From Escherichia phage MIZ6, in sequence record OR192075.1: a DNA stretch of 64,000 nt; one strand, 5' to 3'. The notes under the pieces are model-generated. The model ran no database searches, was not told the DNA's origin, and was given only the letters and a program-made list of their open reading frames with translations. The position numbers and the translations under genes are program-made. Positions 19,156 to 28,120 of the stretch are shown here, one piece after another. Each line of letters starts with the position of its first letter. The stretch's first letter is position 1.

Positions 19156-20330
19156 GCACTAACTTTTTTCTTTATTGCTTTCACCTTCTGGCGAATTGCT
19201 CGAATCTCTTCGATCTCTTTTTCAGTATCTTTAACAATTTCTTTGCGATTCTGAATATCTTTATCGAGATTATCATCAAGTTTAGGCAGCATGTCAATCA
19301 AGAACTTTTTAAGGTCTTTCAGGTTGCGAATAACAGTACCTTCACCCATTACCGCCACGCCTACACCATCCGGCAGATCACCAAACAGCTTAACCAGTTC
19401 AGACAGATGATCATGATCTTCTAGTGCTTCTTCTGATTCAGATGGCAGTTCAACAAAGTTATAACGTTCATCATTGCTGATCAGGTGATACCAGCAAAGC
19501 CCAAAAGATTTAGGAGTATATTCTACACCACCAACTTCAACTGCGTCAACACTTCCGAAAGAATCTACTTTAGTTACCTTAAATCCATGTTCCAGCGTTT
19601 TAATAATTTCAATAACATGACTGGATACGGTTTCAGTATTAAACCAATGAGGCAAATTATGTGGATTTGGCTTGTATCGTTCGCCTACTTTAAATCTCTG
19701 ACCACGCTCTTGCATACGGACATATTCAACTCGCGTGATTTCCGCGAAGTATTCAAATTCGCTACCGTCAAACAAGCAATTCCATTGATCACAAAAACGA
19801 TCCGCCTTGACGGTTTCACCTTTCGCGGTGATCATGGTAGCTGATCCGTGCAATTCTTCTTCAACCAAAAAGCCATATTCGACAAAATCAACAAGTTTCA
19901 TGGCTTCTTTGTGCTCTGGGTCATGCTCTCCCCAGAATCGCTTAAATTCTTGCAAACCTTCTGGTGTAAACGAATAACATTTACCTTTTTCAAAGTAAGT
20001 CGGCATTGCATCCTCTTTCTTGTTCATCGCTTCGTATGCCTCTTTTGAGATGCGTTTAAAGTATTTACGCTCATCGTGCATAATCATAGTAGCCCAATAA
20101 TAAACGATATCCTCAGCGGAATAAACTACATCTCCAGCTTCAATAGTAATAACATGACCGTTGTCATCTTTTTCTAATACTTTAAAGCCCTTTTCGACGA
20201 TTTCAGCAACCCGAATATGACCACGGCGCGAAGCATCGGTCAGAATAATTGAATAGCGAGAAAAGTCTAGAAACTCATCTTTACCACCTTCACGGAATGC
20301 ATAGTAATGACCTTCAAAGAATTTAGCCAT
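19152..20330 (-). CDS. repeat-domain family protein (about three domain copies)
   Basis: 392 aa; recurring ERKYFKRISKE / FEYFAEITRVEY / ERYNFVELPSE segments and GFKVL/GFKVT cores as in the 12441-14782 family; own promoter at 20362-20390. Confidence 0.5.
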   Translation of the reverse strand: MAKFFEGHYYAFREGGKDEFLDFSRYSIILTDASRRGHIRVAEIVEKGFKVLEKDDNGHVITIEAGDVVYSAEDIVYYWATMIMHDERKYFKRISKEAYEAMNKKEDAMPTYFEKGKCYSFTPEGLQEFKRFWGEHDPEHKEAMKLVDFVEYGFLVEEELHGSATMITAKGETVKADRFCDQWNCLFDGSEFEYFAEITRVEYVRMQERGQRFKVGERYKPNPHNLPHWFNTETVSSHVIEIIKTLEHGFKVTKVDSFGSVDAVEVGGVEYTPKSFGLCWYHLISNDERYNFVELPSESEEALEDHDHLSELVKLFGDLPDGVGVAVMGEGTVIRNLKDLKKFLIDMLPKLDDNLDKDIQNRKEIVKDTEKEIEEIRAIRQKVKAIKKKVSA

Positions 20331-20361
20331 AATATAATCCTCTAGTTGTTTAAATGGGAGT

Positions 20362-20390
20362 ATCTTACTACTCCCGTTTCATCATGTCAA
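20362..20390 (-). promoter_or_regulatory. early-type sigma70 promoter with hairpin around the -10
   Basis: Minus-strand TTGACA, 17 bp, TAAGAT inside GGGAGTAGTAAGATACTCCC. Confidence 0.5.
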
Positions 20391-20393
20391 GCG

Positions 20394-20954
20394 TTAAAGT
20401 GACTTTTGGATCTCTTTCAGTTCAGCTACTTTATCGGCGCTGAATTTAGCGTAGGTATCATGTCGAATAATTTCACTTTCAAGAAAGGTTTCCAGCCGAG
20501 ATCTATTTTCAATAAGGAACTCTTTCAGGTCTTCCGCGTTCTTGATAAAGATTTTATTGTCAGTAATGTCATCTTCAATCGCAAAGGAGATAGAGCGAAC
20601 TTTACCAAACAAGTTAATCAGATCTTCCAGCGATTCTTCTTTCTTAACTGGTTTCATTTCTTCAAACTGCTTTTTAGTGATGCGTTTAAAGTATTTGCGC
20701 TCGTTTGCAGCAATCAGAACAGATGCACCTTCATACCCATGAGTTTCTACCAGATACACACGCCCCATCGCATCAACAGTGAGAACTTTAAAGCCGTTAC
20801 AAAGCACGTCATACAAGAACTTATTATGTTGCGGACATCGTTTGATAAATTCTGCGGCTGTTTCTGCACTACGGAAAGTATAGTAACGACCTCGTTCAAA
20901 AACAGCATCATTTGAAGACTTAGCCGGATACAATTTATACGTTTTCTGTACCAT
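20394..20954 (-). CDS. repeat-domain family protein
   Basis: Starts MVQKTYKL after RBS AGAGGAT; contains NGFKVLTVD...ERKYFKRITKKQF. Confidence 0.45.
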   Translation of the reverse strand: MVQKTYKLYPAKSSNDAVFERGRYYTFRSAETAAEFIKRCPQHNKFLYDVLCNGFKVLTVDAMGRVYLVETHGYEGASVLIAANERKYFKRITKKQFEEMKPVKKEESLEDLINLFGKVRSISFAIEDDITDNKIFIKNAEDLKEFLIENRSRLETFLESEIIRHDTYAKFSADKVAELKEIQKSL

Positions 20955-20968
20955 AATATAATCCTCTA

Positions 20969-21241
20969 TCATTTCACTAATTGAACAGCACGAAACAGAA
21001 TGCGGTCACACGGAAGAAGCATAAATTCCCAACGCGGATCAAAGTCTTTAGCGGTATATGTTTTCCCATCAACCGAGATTTCACTTACATAACCAATAGG
21101 TGACACTTTAAGAACAGTAAACCCATTCTTGATGACTTCGTAGGTATCTTTCAATCCTTCGTAGTCATCCTCTAGGAAGTCTTTACGTGCTTGCTCAGAT
21201 TTAAAAACATAGGCAACACCGGATTTAAACATCTTACGCAT
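20969..21241 (-). CDS. repeat-domain family protein (short)
   Basis: Starts MRKMFKSG after GGAGAATCAACA; KSEQARKDF shared with the 12441 protein; own promoter at 21273-21301. Confidence 0.45.
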   Translation of the reverse strand: MRKMFKSGVAYVFKSEQARKDFLEDDYEGLKDTYEVIKNGFTVLKVSPIGYVSEISVDGKTYTAKDFDPRWEFMLLPCDRILFRAVQLVK

Positions 21242-21272
21242 TGTTGATTCTCCTTCTTGATTAGATGGGAGT

Positions 21273-21301
21273 ATTTTACTACTCCCATTTCTTATTGTCA
21301 A
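21273..21301 (-). promoter_or_regulatory. early-type sigma70 promoter with hairpin around the -10
   Basis: Minus-strand TTGACA, 17 bp, TAAAAT inside ATGGGAGTAGTAAAATACTCCCAT. Confidence 0.5.
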
Positions 21302-21304
21302 CTA

Positions 21305-21778
21305 CTATCTTAATCTTTGTATAAATTGTTTCTTATACTTCTTCGTGATCTCTTCTCGTGTATCAGCGTCGCAGTAATCGAAACCTTCTGCGTCCATAAT
21401 AGCAACCATCTCCGCGCGTGTCAAGCGTGAAAATCGTTTTACTTTATCAACAGCATATTGAGGATGTAAATGATTGTTGGTGTAGTCTCCTTTGATGTAA
21501 TTAACATAGTTTGTAGCCCAAACAACGAAATCAGCACCTAAAGCACCAACACCAAACCGTTTAAAGTCTCCGGTCAACGATCCTTCTAGGCGGTTGCAAC
21601 ACGAATGAAGCAATCCCCTTACGCGGCCTTGCCCTTTACCATCTAGATCGTGGTCGTGGTCAAGATGGTTTTTGCTCATATCCTCAAAAAGTGGCAATTG
21701 ACAAAGGGGGCAAATGCCCCCCTGTTTTTCGAATAGTTCTTGTTTGTACTCTTTAGCACTCTTAGCAGTCAGTAACAT
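21305..21778 (-). CDS. 49: endonuclease VII (Holliday junction resolvase, gp49)
   Basis: MLLTAKSAKEYKQELFEKQGGICPLCQ...NHLDHDHDL...RVRGLL parallels T4 endo VII including the Zn-binding cysteines; start set at MLLT with GGAGGG RBS. Confidence 0.88.
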   Translation of the reverse strand: MLLTAKSAKEYKQELFEKQGGICPLCQLPLFEDMSKNHLDHDHDLDGKGQGRVRGLLHSCCNRLEGSLTGDFKRFGVGALGADFVVWATNYVNYIKGDYTNNHLHPQYAVDKVKRFSRLTRAEMVAIMDAEGFDYCDADTREEITKKYKKQFIQRLR

Positions 21779-21802
21779 AAATTCACCCTCCAAAGAAGGT
21801 AT

Positions 21803-22084
21803 TTAACCATTAATCTTGTTTTTGACTACAAAGGATCGGAACTCATCAAAGCCACCGATATAATCACCATCATAGAAAATCTGCGGCATGGTGGCAATAA
21901 CTTCTACCCCTGCGCGATCCTGAATGTCGGCAATGATAGAATCAATCTTTACCGGACGACCGTTTTCGTCCACACCATCATTGACAGGAATATAGATGTA
22001 AGGGATCTTACGCGATTCACAAAGGCGCTTTGCATTCTGGCAATACTTACAGTTGTAACCTTCAAAACCAAAAATTTCTACCAT
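21803..22084 (-). CDS. nrdC: glutaredoxin/thioredoxin-like protein (NrdC-like)
   Basis: CKYCQNAKRL redox motif and TMPQIFYDGDYIGGFDEF parallel T4 NrdC; start set at MVEIFG with GAGG RBS. Confidence 0.75.
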   Translation of the reverse strand: MVEIFGFEGYNCKYCQNAKRLCESRKIPYIYIPVNDGVDENGRPVKIDSIIADIQDRAGVEVIATMPQIFYDGDYIGGFDEFRSFVVKNKING

Positions 22085-22092
22085 GTTGTACC

Positions 22093-22905
22093 TCAATCTA
22101 CGTTAGTTACATAAACTTCTTGTGTATCAGAAGACTTACCACCTGAACGATCTAGGCAATAGGTCTTATTCAACAGGACGCAGTTTAAATCATTCCGCTT
22201 GATAAAGTCAAGAAGATGATCATTTACCTTTCCCTTATGATGTGTGACATTACTGATACCAAACTGAAAACCACGCGCCATAATAGATTCTACCCACTGA
22301 TAGAATTTAATCTCTTCCTCGTCACTCCAGAACTTATTATATTCCGCAGAAGTGATAAGGTACGGCGGGTCCAAATAAACGAAATCACCTGGCAAGATCT
22401 CGATCTCGTCATAACGACCAGACGTAAAACTGATTCGACCGTCTTTGTTTTCTTCCTTAAAATTCAGGACACGCTCTACCGCGTTTTCGTTAAAAGTCCG
22501 GCGACCAAAATTAGCATTAAATTCGCCCTTCCGGTTATGGCGGTTAAGGTTGCTAAAACTGTGCTGAATCAACACAAACAGCGATAGCGGATCTGGATTC
22601 TCGTTATACTTCTTACGGAATGCCATGTAAGCATCTTTATCATCGCGAGACAAACCATTTTCGGCAATAATCCGCTTGATCGTAGAAACCGGATCAGGAC
22701 ACTCGTCAATGGCCTTGTAAGCATCAATTAAGCGGTGATCATAGTCATTAGCCAGAACATCCCCTTCGACGTACAGAGACACGCTCAAACCGCCACAAAA
22801 GGCATCGACAAAGCGGTTATAGTGCTTAGGGAAATATTTACTAACACCGGGCAATAACTTTTCCTTATTGCCCGTATAGGGAATTAAACCTAATGCTTTC
22901 TTCAT
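22093..22905 (-). CDS. dam: DNA adenine methyltransferase (Dam, GATC-type N6-adenine MTase)
   Basis: 270 aa; YTGNK, RFVDAFCGGLSVSL (SAM motif), DFVYLDPPYLITSAEYNKFWSDEEE; strongly colinear with T4 Dam as recalled. Confidence 0.92.
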   Translation of the reverse strand: MKKALGLIPYTGNKEKLLPGVSKYFPKHYNRFVDAFCGGLSVSLYVEGDVLANDYDHRLIDAYKAIDECPDPVSTIKRIIAENGLSRDDKDAYMAFRKKYNENPDPLSLFVLIQHSFSNLNRHNRKGEFNANFGRRTFNENAVERVLNFKEENKDGRISFTSGRYDEIEILPGDFVYLDPPYLITSAEYNKFWSDEEEIKFYQWVESIMARGFQFGISNVTHHKGKVNDHLLDFIKRNDLNCVLLNKTYCLDRSGGKSSDTQEVYVTNVD

Positions 22906-23336
22906 TATCCCTTCCTCAAATAAGTTCGTTCAATCTCTACCAGTTCGAAAAATTCTTGCCAATCACACGGAAAGTTACAGTTTCCAAAATGGTCTTCGTT
23001 ATAGAGTTCTTTACCGGATGGCAACTTAATATCTGTTACAGTATACCAACCGCAACAATCGCAATCACCCTCAGCAACAGAAACCTTCGTAGGAATTTGC
23101 ATCATTGCCAGATAGGTTGGCACGTCAGACTGTTCAAAGATCATGTAACCTTCATGGTCAAACGAGACAAAATTGTCATCACCCAAAAAAGGAATGTAAT
23201 GGTCATAATCGGTTACATGTTGACCGTGTAATTCCCATTCTACAATTTTAACATTACCACTAAACTTTATACCCATAATTTCAACAAGAAAATGAGTATC
23301 GTCAATGTAAATCTTACTAGGGGTTGGATAAACCAT
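22905..23336 (-). CDS. hypothetical protein (Cys cluster CDCCGW)
   Basis: 143 aa ORF with stop/start overlap with dam. Confidence 0.4.
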   Translation of the reverse strand: MVYPTPSKIYIDDTHFLVEIMGIKFSGNVKIVEWELHGQHVTDYDHYIPFLGDDNFVSFDHEGYMIFEQSDVPTYLAMMQIPTKVSVAEGDCDCCGWYTVTDIKLPSGKELYNEDHFGNCNFPCDWQEFFELVEIERTYLRKG

Positions 23337-23346
23337 TATATAATCC

Positions 23347-23643
23347 TCATATCTCAGAGAATAGAATCTCTGTTAGCTTCACTGACTGCTCTCTGAATGT
23401 TAGCGTATACTCGAAAGGAAAGTCAACACCCAACTTCAAAAGAGAATAGCCTACCGCCTCTTTATGCTTATCGGTTATGGCGATCCTAACCAATTCCCGT
23501 TGAATCTCTTTAGGCGGTGAATGGATAGTAACACGGGTATCATGTAATGTCCAATCACCATTTCGAATTAAGATTAACGGTTTATCATCATTGAAGATCA
23601 CCGACCCCTTTCCGGTCGGTGAATGTTTTATATTAATCATCAA
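23347..23643 (-). CDS. hypothetical protein
   Basis: 98 aa ORF in a tight array. Confidence 0.35.
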   Translation of the reverse strand: MMINIKHSPTGKGSVIFNDDKPLILIRNGDWTLHDTRVTIHSPPKEIQRELVRIAITDKHKEAVGYSLLKLGVDFPFEYTLTFREQSVKLTEILFSEI

Positions 23644-23854
23644 ATTCTAAGAAATATTCTGGAACGATATAACCGTTAAAGTCATTGCACTTATAAAAAT
23701 GTGGTGCATTTAATGCTGGATGAGCATTAGTAAAGAGTTTACCCTCTAGAAACAGAATGTAATTAATCGGTCTAATACCGACAGAATCAGGATCTAAACC
23801 TTTTTCTTTCAGTTCAGCCAGCGTTAAAACTCGTCCAGATCGTAACTTAGCCAT
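23633..23854 (-). CDS. hypothetical protein
   Basis: 73 aa ORF in a tight array. Confidence 0.35.
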   Translation of the reverse strand: MAKLRSGRVLTLAELKEKGLDPDSVGIRPINYILFLEGKLFTNAHPALNAPHFYKCNDFNGYIVPEYFLEFDD

Positions 23855-24140
23855 GATTTACCCCAAATTCATCAAGATTATGTCGCAGCATTTCAGAGTA
23901 TTTTTCTACTTCCTTAATCTTAGTGTGGATCTCCACGATCTCATCTTCACTATCAGAAAGTTTAATGGCAATTGCTAGCGTGCTTTTACCAGCTTTCATA
24001 GTCTCTTTACGTTCAACCAATAGATCCGCGTGTTTCAATAGTAATTCTTCACGTTGAACATAAGCGACGGTCAAAGCATCATCAGCGATTTCTAAAGCAT
24101 TTTCAGCGACACCAACAACCATTTTACGAGTAGACAGCAT
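23847..24140 (-). CDS. hypothetical protein
   Basis: 97 aa ORF in a tight array. Confidence 0.35.
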   Translation of the reverse strand: MLSTRKMVVGVAENALEIADDALTVAYVQREELLLKHADLLVERKETMKAGKSTLAIAIKLSDSEDEIVEIHTKIKEVEKYSEMLRHNLDEFGVNHG

Positions 24141-24154
24141 AAATTCACCTCACA

Positions 24155-24463
24155 TTATTTCACGTTAACGCCGTCATCAATCCAGCCGACGCTATTTGGT
24201 TTAACAGTTTTACCATAGGATGCATACTTAATCAAGCATGGTTTAACATCATTATCAAATCTTCCTAAACGTACTCCCAAATCAGGAATATCCATGTATG
24301 CGGCTTTATACCCCCATGTGCCGTATTCAGAATCAATCTCAACCGGACGGCCTTTAAAAGCATACACTACACCGTGACGGTCAACGATAACATAGCGATA
24401 ACCAGCCGGAAGATACACAGTTTCGCCGTAAACTTTAACTGGAGTAGCAGAAGAGATAAACAT
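24155..24463 (-). CDS. hypothetical protein
   Basis: Start reassigned to MFISSATPV after RBS GAGGATTATATT, downstream of the promoter at 24498-24526. Confidence 0.4.
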   Translation of the reverse strand: MFISSATPVKVYGETVYLPAGYRYVIVDRHGVVYAFKGRPVEIDSEYGTWGYKAAYMDIPDLGVRLGRFDNDVKPCLIKYASYGKTVKPNSVGWIDDGVNVK

Positions 24464-24497
24464 AATATAATCCTCACATCGTTCATTTGATGCGGTC

Positions 24498-24526
24498 ATT
24501 ATATGATAACCGCATTTTCATGTCAA
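24498..24526 (-). promoter_or_regulatory. early-type sigma70 promoter with hairpin around the -10
   Basis: Minus-strand TTGACA, 17 bp, TATAAT; inverted repeat TGCGGT...ACCGCA encloses the -10. Confidence 0.55.
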
Positions 24527-24532
24527 CAGTTT

Positions 24533-24871
24533 TTAAAAATCTTCTTCCGGTTTATATCGACCGTCATCGACTGGTTTTGGACTGAATCCGGTATGTTTGC
24601 GCGGCTTCGCTTCCGGTTTCCCCGCGATCGATAGTCCAAGCCATTTAAGAAGTTTGTATGAGTAAGCGATGATCACAACCACCCACGTTAAAGGCCATAC
24701 AATAGAACAAATGGCATATGCTCCGGTATCGACCTCTTTGGTGTCCTTATCGAATCTGGCATACAAGCAAATTATAAGATATGTGATCATTGCACCAGTA
24801 GGCCAAATATAAAGCACATTAACAATATCTTGTGTTGTCACGTTATCCTCCTTACATGTCTTGCAGTGCAT
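24533..24871 (-). CDS. predicted small membrane protein
   Basis: Two hydrophobic stretches (ITYLIICLYA, IVWPLTWVVVIIAY); start uncertain, internal Met chosen to avoid overlap with the upstream gene. Confidence 0.35.
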   Translation of the reverse strand: MHCKTCKEDNVTTQDIVNVLYIWPTGAMITYLIICLYARFDKDTKEVDTGAYAICSIVWPLTWVVVIIAYSYKLLKWLGLSIAGKPEAKPRKHTGFSPKPVDDGRYKPEEDF

Positions 24872-25130
24872 AAAAGCATTTTTCTTCGTAGTCATAGAAA
24901 ATGTCAAAGTATGCTTTTTCTACATACTCACCATTGATCCAAGCGGCAGTAACAATCAGAGTGGTCCAGTTAGATCCGCTCTCAACGGTAAAGGTTTTAA
25001 TACCCAGCTTCGCTGCCAAGTCACGAGCAAACTGATCGCAACCACGGCAGGAAGTGATATTGGAAGTTTTGATTTTAAAGCCACCGCGAGTTTTAGAAAT
25101 TTCTACTTTAGCGAAAGACAGGTTGCTCAT
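24852..25130 (-). CDS. hypothetical protein
   Basis: Start reassigned to MSNLSFAKV after GGAGAATCAAA; promoter at 25173-25201. Confidence 0.4.
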   Translation of the reverse strand: MSNLSFAKVEISKTRGGFKIKTSNITSCRGCDQFARDLAAKLGIKTFTVESGSNWTTLIVTAAWINGEYVEKAYFDIFYDYEEKCFYALQDM

Positions 25131-25172
25131 TTTGATTCTCCTTAAGAAAGTGTGTTTCGTTTTGATGTGTGT

Positions 25173-25201
25173 AGTATAGGGGATCACCGATCCCCTGTCA
25201 A
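25173..25201 (-). promoter_or_regulatory. early-type sigma70 promoter with palindromic spacer
   Basis: Minus-strand TTGACA, GGGGATCGGTGATCCCC (17 bp), TATACT. Confidence 0.55.
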
Positions 25202-25210
25202 CAACTTTTT

Positions 25211-25474
25211 TTATGATTTTAGTGAATTAACCACTACATCAAAATGATGTACAGAGTACACCTTACGAAACACATACTCATCGTGTTTAGGAATAGCGCC
25301 TAACCGCTTTATTTCGCTCGCTGACACGATAAACCGTTTATCCGGTGCATTTACCTTATATGCTTCAACAACGCACGGAAAACGCGTTTTAGCGAGTTCG
25401 GGATAGTTTTCTGACTCCATCAGGACAATGAATACCCTGTTACATTGATTGTAGAATCCTGTTTTTGATTTCAT
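25211..25474 (-). CDS. hypothetical protein
   Basis: ORF-track entry 25211..25540 overlaps the upstream gene by about 100 nt; start tentatively moved to an internal Met. Confidence 0.3.
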   Translation of the reverse strand: MKSKTGFYNQCNRVFIVLMESENYPELAKTRFPCVVEAYKVNAPDKRFIVSASEIKRLGAIPKHDEYVFRKVYSVHHFDVVVNSLKS

Positions 25475-25781
25475 CAAGTTTTCTTCTCTGTACAATTCGT
25501 GCAATCTTCCTTTCATGATTTCGTTGGTTCTTGTCTTCACAGTTTACCCATTCAACAAGATCTTTACCCAACTCGAAAGCCCATTCTCGGTCTTGCTTTA
25601 CGTTTTGTAGGTATGGACTTTCTGACACTCTACGAAGTGATGTTGTCGTAACAAGAATGATCTCAGGAATGGTCGGATGTTCTTTTCCATATACAATAGG
25701 ACGCGAGTCACTATCAATACCTTGTAAGAAGGTGTATCCTGAATCACTTAGAATCATATACTTTTTCATTTCACACATCAC
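25440..25781 (-). CDS. hypothetical protein
   Basis: 113 aa minus-strand ORF. Confidence 0.35.
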   Translation of the reverse strand: MMCEMKKYMILSDSGYTFLQGIDSDSRPIVYGKEHPTIPEIILVTTTSLRRVSESPYLQNVKQDREWAFELGKDLVEWVNCEDKNQRNHERKIARIVQRRKLDEIKNRILQSM

Positions 25782-26035
25782 AGTTTCCTCAACCAGTTAT
25801 TAAAGCGAGCAAACCATGACGCTTTTCGTGCTTCTTTTACTTTATGTGCACGAAAACCACTGAAACACCATTCATAATCATCACCGAAACATGATTCAAC
25901 AGGAACACCCGCATTTCGTAGTTCTCTGGTCTTTATCATGAATCCTTGACATAAGGGGCGACCTTCAACAATGATAGGAAGTTTAACTTTTTCCATGAAA
26001 GTATACCCAGCACGGTCAATAATTTCAATTTTCAT
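25778..26035 (-). CDS. hypothetical protein
   Basis: 85 aa minus-strand ORF, coupled to neighbours. Confidence 0.35.
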   Translation of the reverse strand: MKIEIIDRAGYTFMEKVKLPIIVEGRPLCQGFMIKTRELRNAGVPVESCFGDDYEWCFSGFRAHKVKEARKASWFARFNNWLRKL

Positions 26036-26280
26036 TTTACATTATCTCCATAGATCTTTCCATCAATATCAATTTCACCAGCGCGAACATCTAGGATAAG
26101 ATGCGGTAGGTGTATGCAGTTTTCCCACCCTACGCGCTTCATTTCTGAAACAGTGACGTAAGCCCACCCGTTCGCTGTAATAAAGTCTACTTCAACCTTG
26201 AGAGGAAAGCAAGACTTTTCTATGTCTTCGAATCCGATAATGTGTTTTGTCGTTGAATATGGAATATATCCGATGATCAT
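26032..26280 (-). CDS. hypothetical protein
   Basis: 82 aa minus-strand ORF. Confidence 0.35.
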   Translation of the reverse strand: MIIGYIPYSTTKHIIGFEDIEKSCFPLKVEVDFITANGWAYVTVSEMKRVGWENCIHLPHLILDVRAGEIDIDGKIYGDNVK

Positions 26281-26738
26281 TTTGTGATCTCCTTATACTC
26301 AACACACCATAAGCGGGTAGCCCATGATAAACGCTCATAACGCTGGCAGAAATCGGACCATAGATATTGTGTACCGTCTTGCATGGTTGAAATATGCGTT
26401 TTCTCACCTACTTTCACGAAAGAAGTATTCGATTTTGTGATCTCGACCGGAGTATATCCGAAAGCGGGTTCCAAGTCAACATCTGAACTAAATGCCAATT
26501 TAACAGAATTTGTTTTTCTGACCGCTGTCCGGTTTCCTTCTGGGTACAACACAGCAGGTTTAGCGCCTAAGCGGATAAACTCAGTATTTTTAATGAACAG
26601 AATATCATGATAACCGTCATATTCCGACACTTCCATAGTAACAGGAAAATTGATATGTGCTAAACCTGGTAGATCTCGCATATCATGAAATGTAGCCATA
26701 ATCTTTTTCATTCTATATTCCTCACTCTTCTGTTTCAT
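26277..26738 (-). CDS. hypothetical protein
   Basis: 153 aa minus-strand ORF. Confidence 0.4.
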   Translation of the reverse strand: MKQKSEEYRMKKIMATFHDMRDLPGLAHINFPVTMEVSEYDGYHDILFIKNTEFIRLGAKPAVLYPEGNRTAVRKTNSVKLAFSSDVDLEPAFGYTPVEITKSNTSFVKVGEKTHISTMQDGTQYLWSDFCQRYERLSWATRLWCVEYKEITK

Positions 26739-26919
26739 TTCTTTTATATGGTACTATAACAGGATTAATACAGCAAGCACCAATTACGTTATGAGCACCA
26801 CAATTTAAACATTTATAGTCATGGAACTTATTAAGGAATCGACCAAACTCATAACCGACTAGCGCCGCATGTACTTGAGTCTCGATCTCATCCATATCAG
26901 CCAATGTTTTAACCTTCAT
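26722..26919 (-). CDS. small Cys-containing protein (CLNCGAHNVIGACC)
   Basis: 65 aa minus-strand ORF. Confidence 0.3.
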   Translation of the reverse strand: MKVKTLADMDEIETQVHAALVGYEFGRFLNKFHDYKCLNCGAHNVIGACCINPVIVPYKRNETEE

Positions 26920-26929
26920 AATATAATCC

Positions 26930-27220
26930 TCAAATTGTAGTTTTGCGAAGATGGTTATTACATGCTTTTAATGCATCATTCGCGGTGTCATAGCGAGTAT
27001 TATCATAGCACCAATAACCATCTGTCAACCGATAAATTAATCCATCCTTTTTAGCTTCTATGAAAGATAACTCTTTGAAAGTTTCTACTTTCTTTGCTGA
27101 TACTCCACGGTCACGGCGTTTATAGAGTTTAGCTAAAATGCGTTCAGCTTGTTCCTCTTTATCACCTGACAGATCCCAGATGATGTTTCGGATATGCTTG
27201 ATTAATTGTTCAGTGGTCAT
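26930..27220 (-). CDS. hypothetical protein
   Basis: 96 aa; own promoter at 27249-27276 and RBS GGAGAATCAAAG. Confidence 0.4.
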   Translation of the reverse strand: MTTEQLIKHIRNIIWDLSGDKEEQAERILAKLYKRRDRGVSAKKVETFKELSFIEAKKDGLIYRLTDGYWCYDNTRYDTANDALKACNNHLRKTTI

Positions 27221-27248
27221 CTTTGATTCTCCTTAGTTGGTATGCGTG

Positions 27249-27276
27249 CATTATAGCATTGTGATTATCTTTGTCA
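27249..27276 (-). promoter_or_regulatory. early-type sigma70 promoter
   Basis: Minus-strand TTGACA, 16 bp, TATAAT; preceded by a terminator. Confidence 0.55.
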
Positions 27277-27281
27277 ACACC

Positions 27282-27314
27282 CAAAAACAAAAAAGGCTAC
27301 CCCGAAGGATAGCC
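27282..27314 (-). terminator. rho-independent terminator after the glycine-rich protein gene
   Basis: Minus-strand hairpin GGGCTATCCttcgGGGTAGCC followed by TTTTTTGTTTTT. Confidence 0.6.
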
Positions 27315-27321
27315 CATAAAA

Positions 27322-28107
27322 TTACACGCGAGCACCGTAGATCGTGCCTACTTTATCCCAGCGAGGGGCATTACCAGTAACAGCTTTACCCGCAGCACCA
27401 CCAGAGTGAACAGTTCCTCCAGTACCACCTTTAATATATGAAGATTTGCCAGCAGCTCCCAAATCTCCACCATCTCCTCCATAATGAACCCCAGAAACAG
27501 TGCCTTTACCTGGGGCAGAAATTGTACCAGCAGATGCTGCCGCTGCGCCGCCTCCTGCCGCACCCGCAGCACCAAATGGACGGCCTCCACCGCCGCCAAA
27601 TTTCATATCCATTTGAGGGAAAGGATTGTATCTAGCACCAGCACCGCCACCACCGCCACCACCAATAATACCATTATTGTTTATTCTTAAACGAGTTCCA
27701 ATTCCGTTATTTATTGCATTTCCTCCTGCTCCACCAGCAGAGTTACTTCCGCCATTTCCTCCACGACCTAATACATGAACACCAGAGTTAATAATGAGTG
27801 TTACATATTCGTTTGTCAGTGAGCTAGGGAAATCAAGACAAGGAACGCCAGTAGATTGGGAAACAATATTACCCGTGATAGTAATTACTACCGGAGTAGA
27901 TCCTTGTGCTTTCATCCAGTTAATAAGAGTGTCTTTATTGTAAGAGTTACTAGCACCAATGCTATAATGAATCTCTTTAGAGCGTCCGACCATTGCCGAC
28001 ATATACGCCGGACGACCTAAGCGAACAGCTTGCATTGCGGCGCTCATCCACCGTTGACCAGTCTCGGACACAGCAGATGATCCTACCCATCCAGAAGATA
28101 TTGCCAT
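27322..28107 (-). CDS. glycine-rich protein (about 110-aa N-terminal globular part, then about 150 aa of Gly/Ala/Asn-rich low-complexity sequence)
   Basis: 261 aa; runs of GGNGGSNSAGGAGGN, GGGGGGGAGA, FGGGGGRPFGAAGAAGGGAAAA; not a collagen G-X-Y pattern; RBS GAGGAAATTTT; followed by a terminator. Confidence 0.5.
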   Translation of the reverse strand: MAISSGWVGSSAVSETGQRWMSAAMQAVRLGRPAYMSAMVGRSKEIHYSIGASNSYNKDTLINWMKAQGSTPVVITITGNIVSQSTGVPCLDFPSSLTNEYVTLIINSGVHVLGRGGNGGSNSAGGAGGNAINNGIGTRLRINNNGIIGGGGGGGAGARYNPFPQMDMKFGGGGGRPFGAAGAAGGGAAAASAGTISAPGKGTVSGVHYGGDGGDLGAAGKSSYIKGGTGGTVHSGGAAGKAVTGNAPRWDKVGTIYGARV

Positions 28108-28120
28108 AAAATTTCCTCAC

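Noticed and set aside
27348-27690. Several alternative-frame ORFs (83, 65, 68 aa) within the glycine-rich gene
   Set aside because: Products of the repetitive GC-rich codons of the Gly-rich region read in other frames; the frame starting at 28107 with a good RBS is the most parsimonious.
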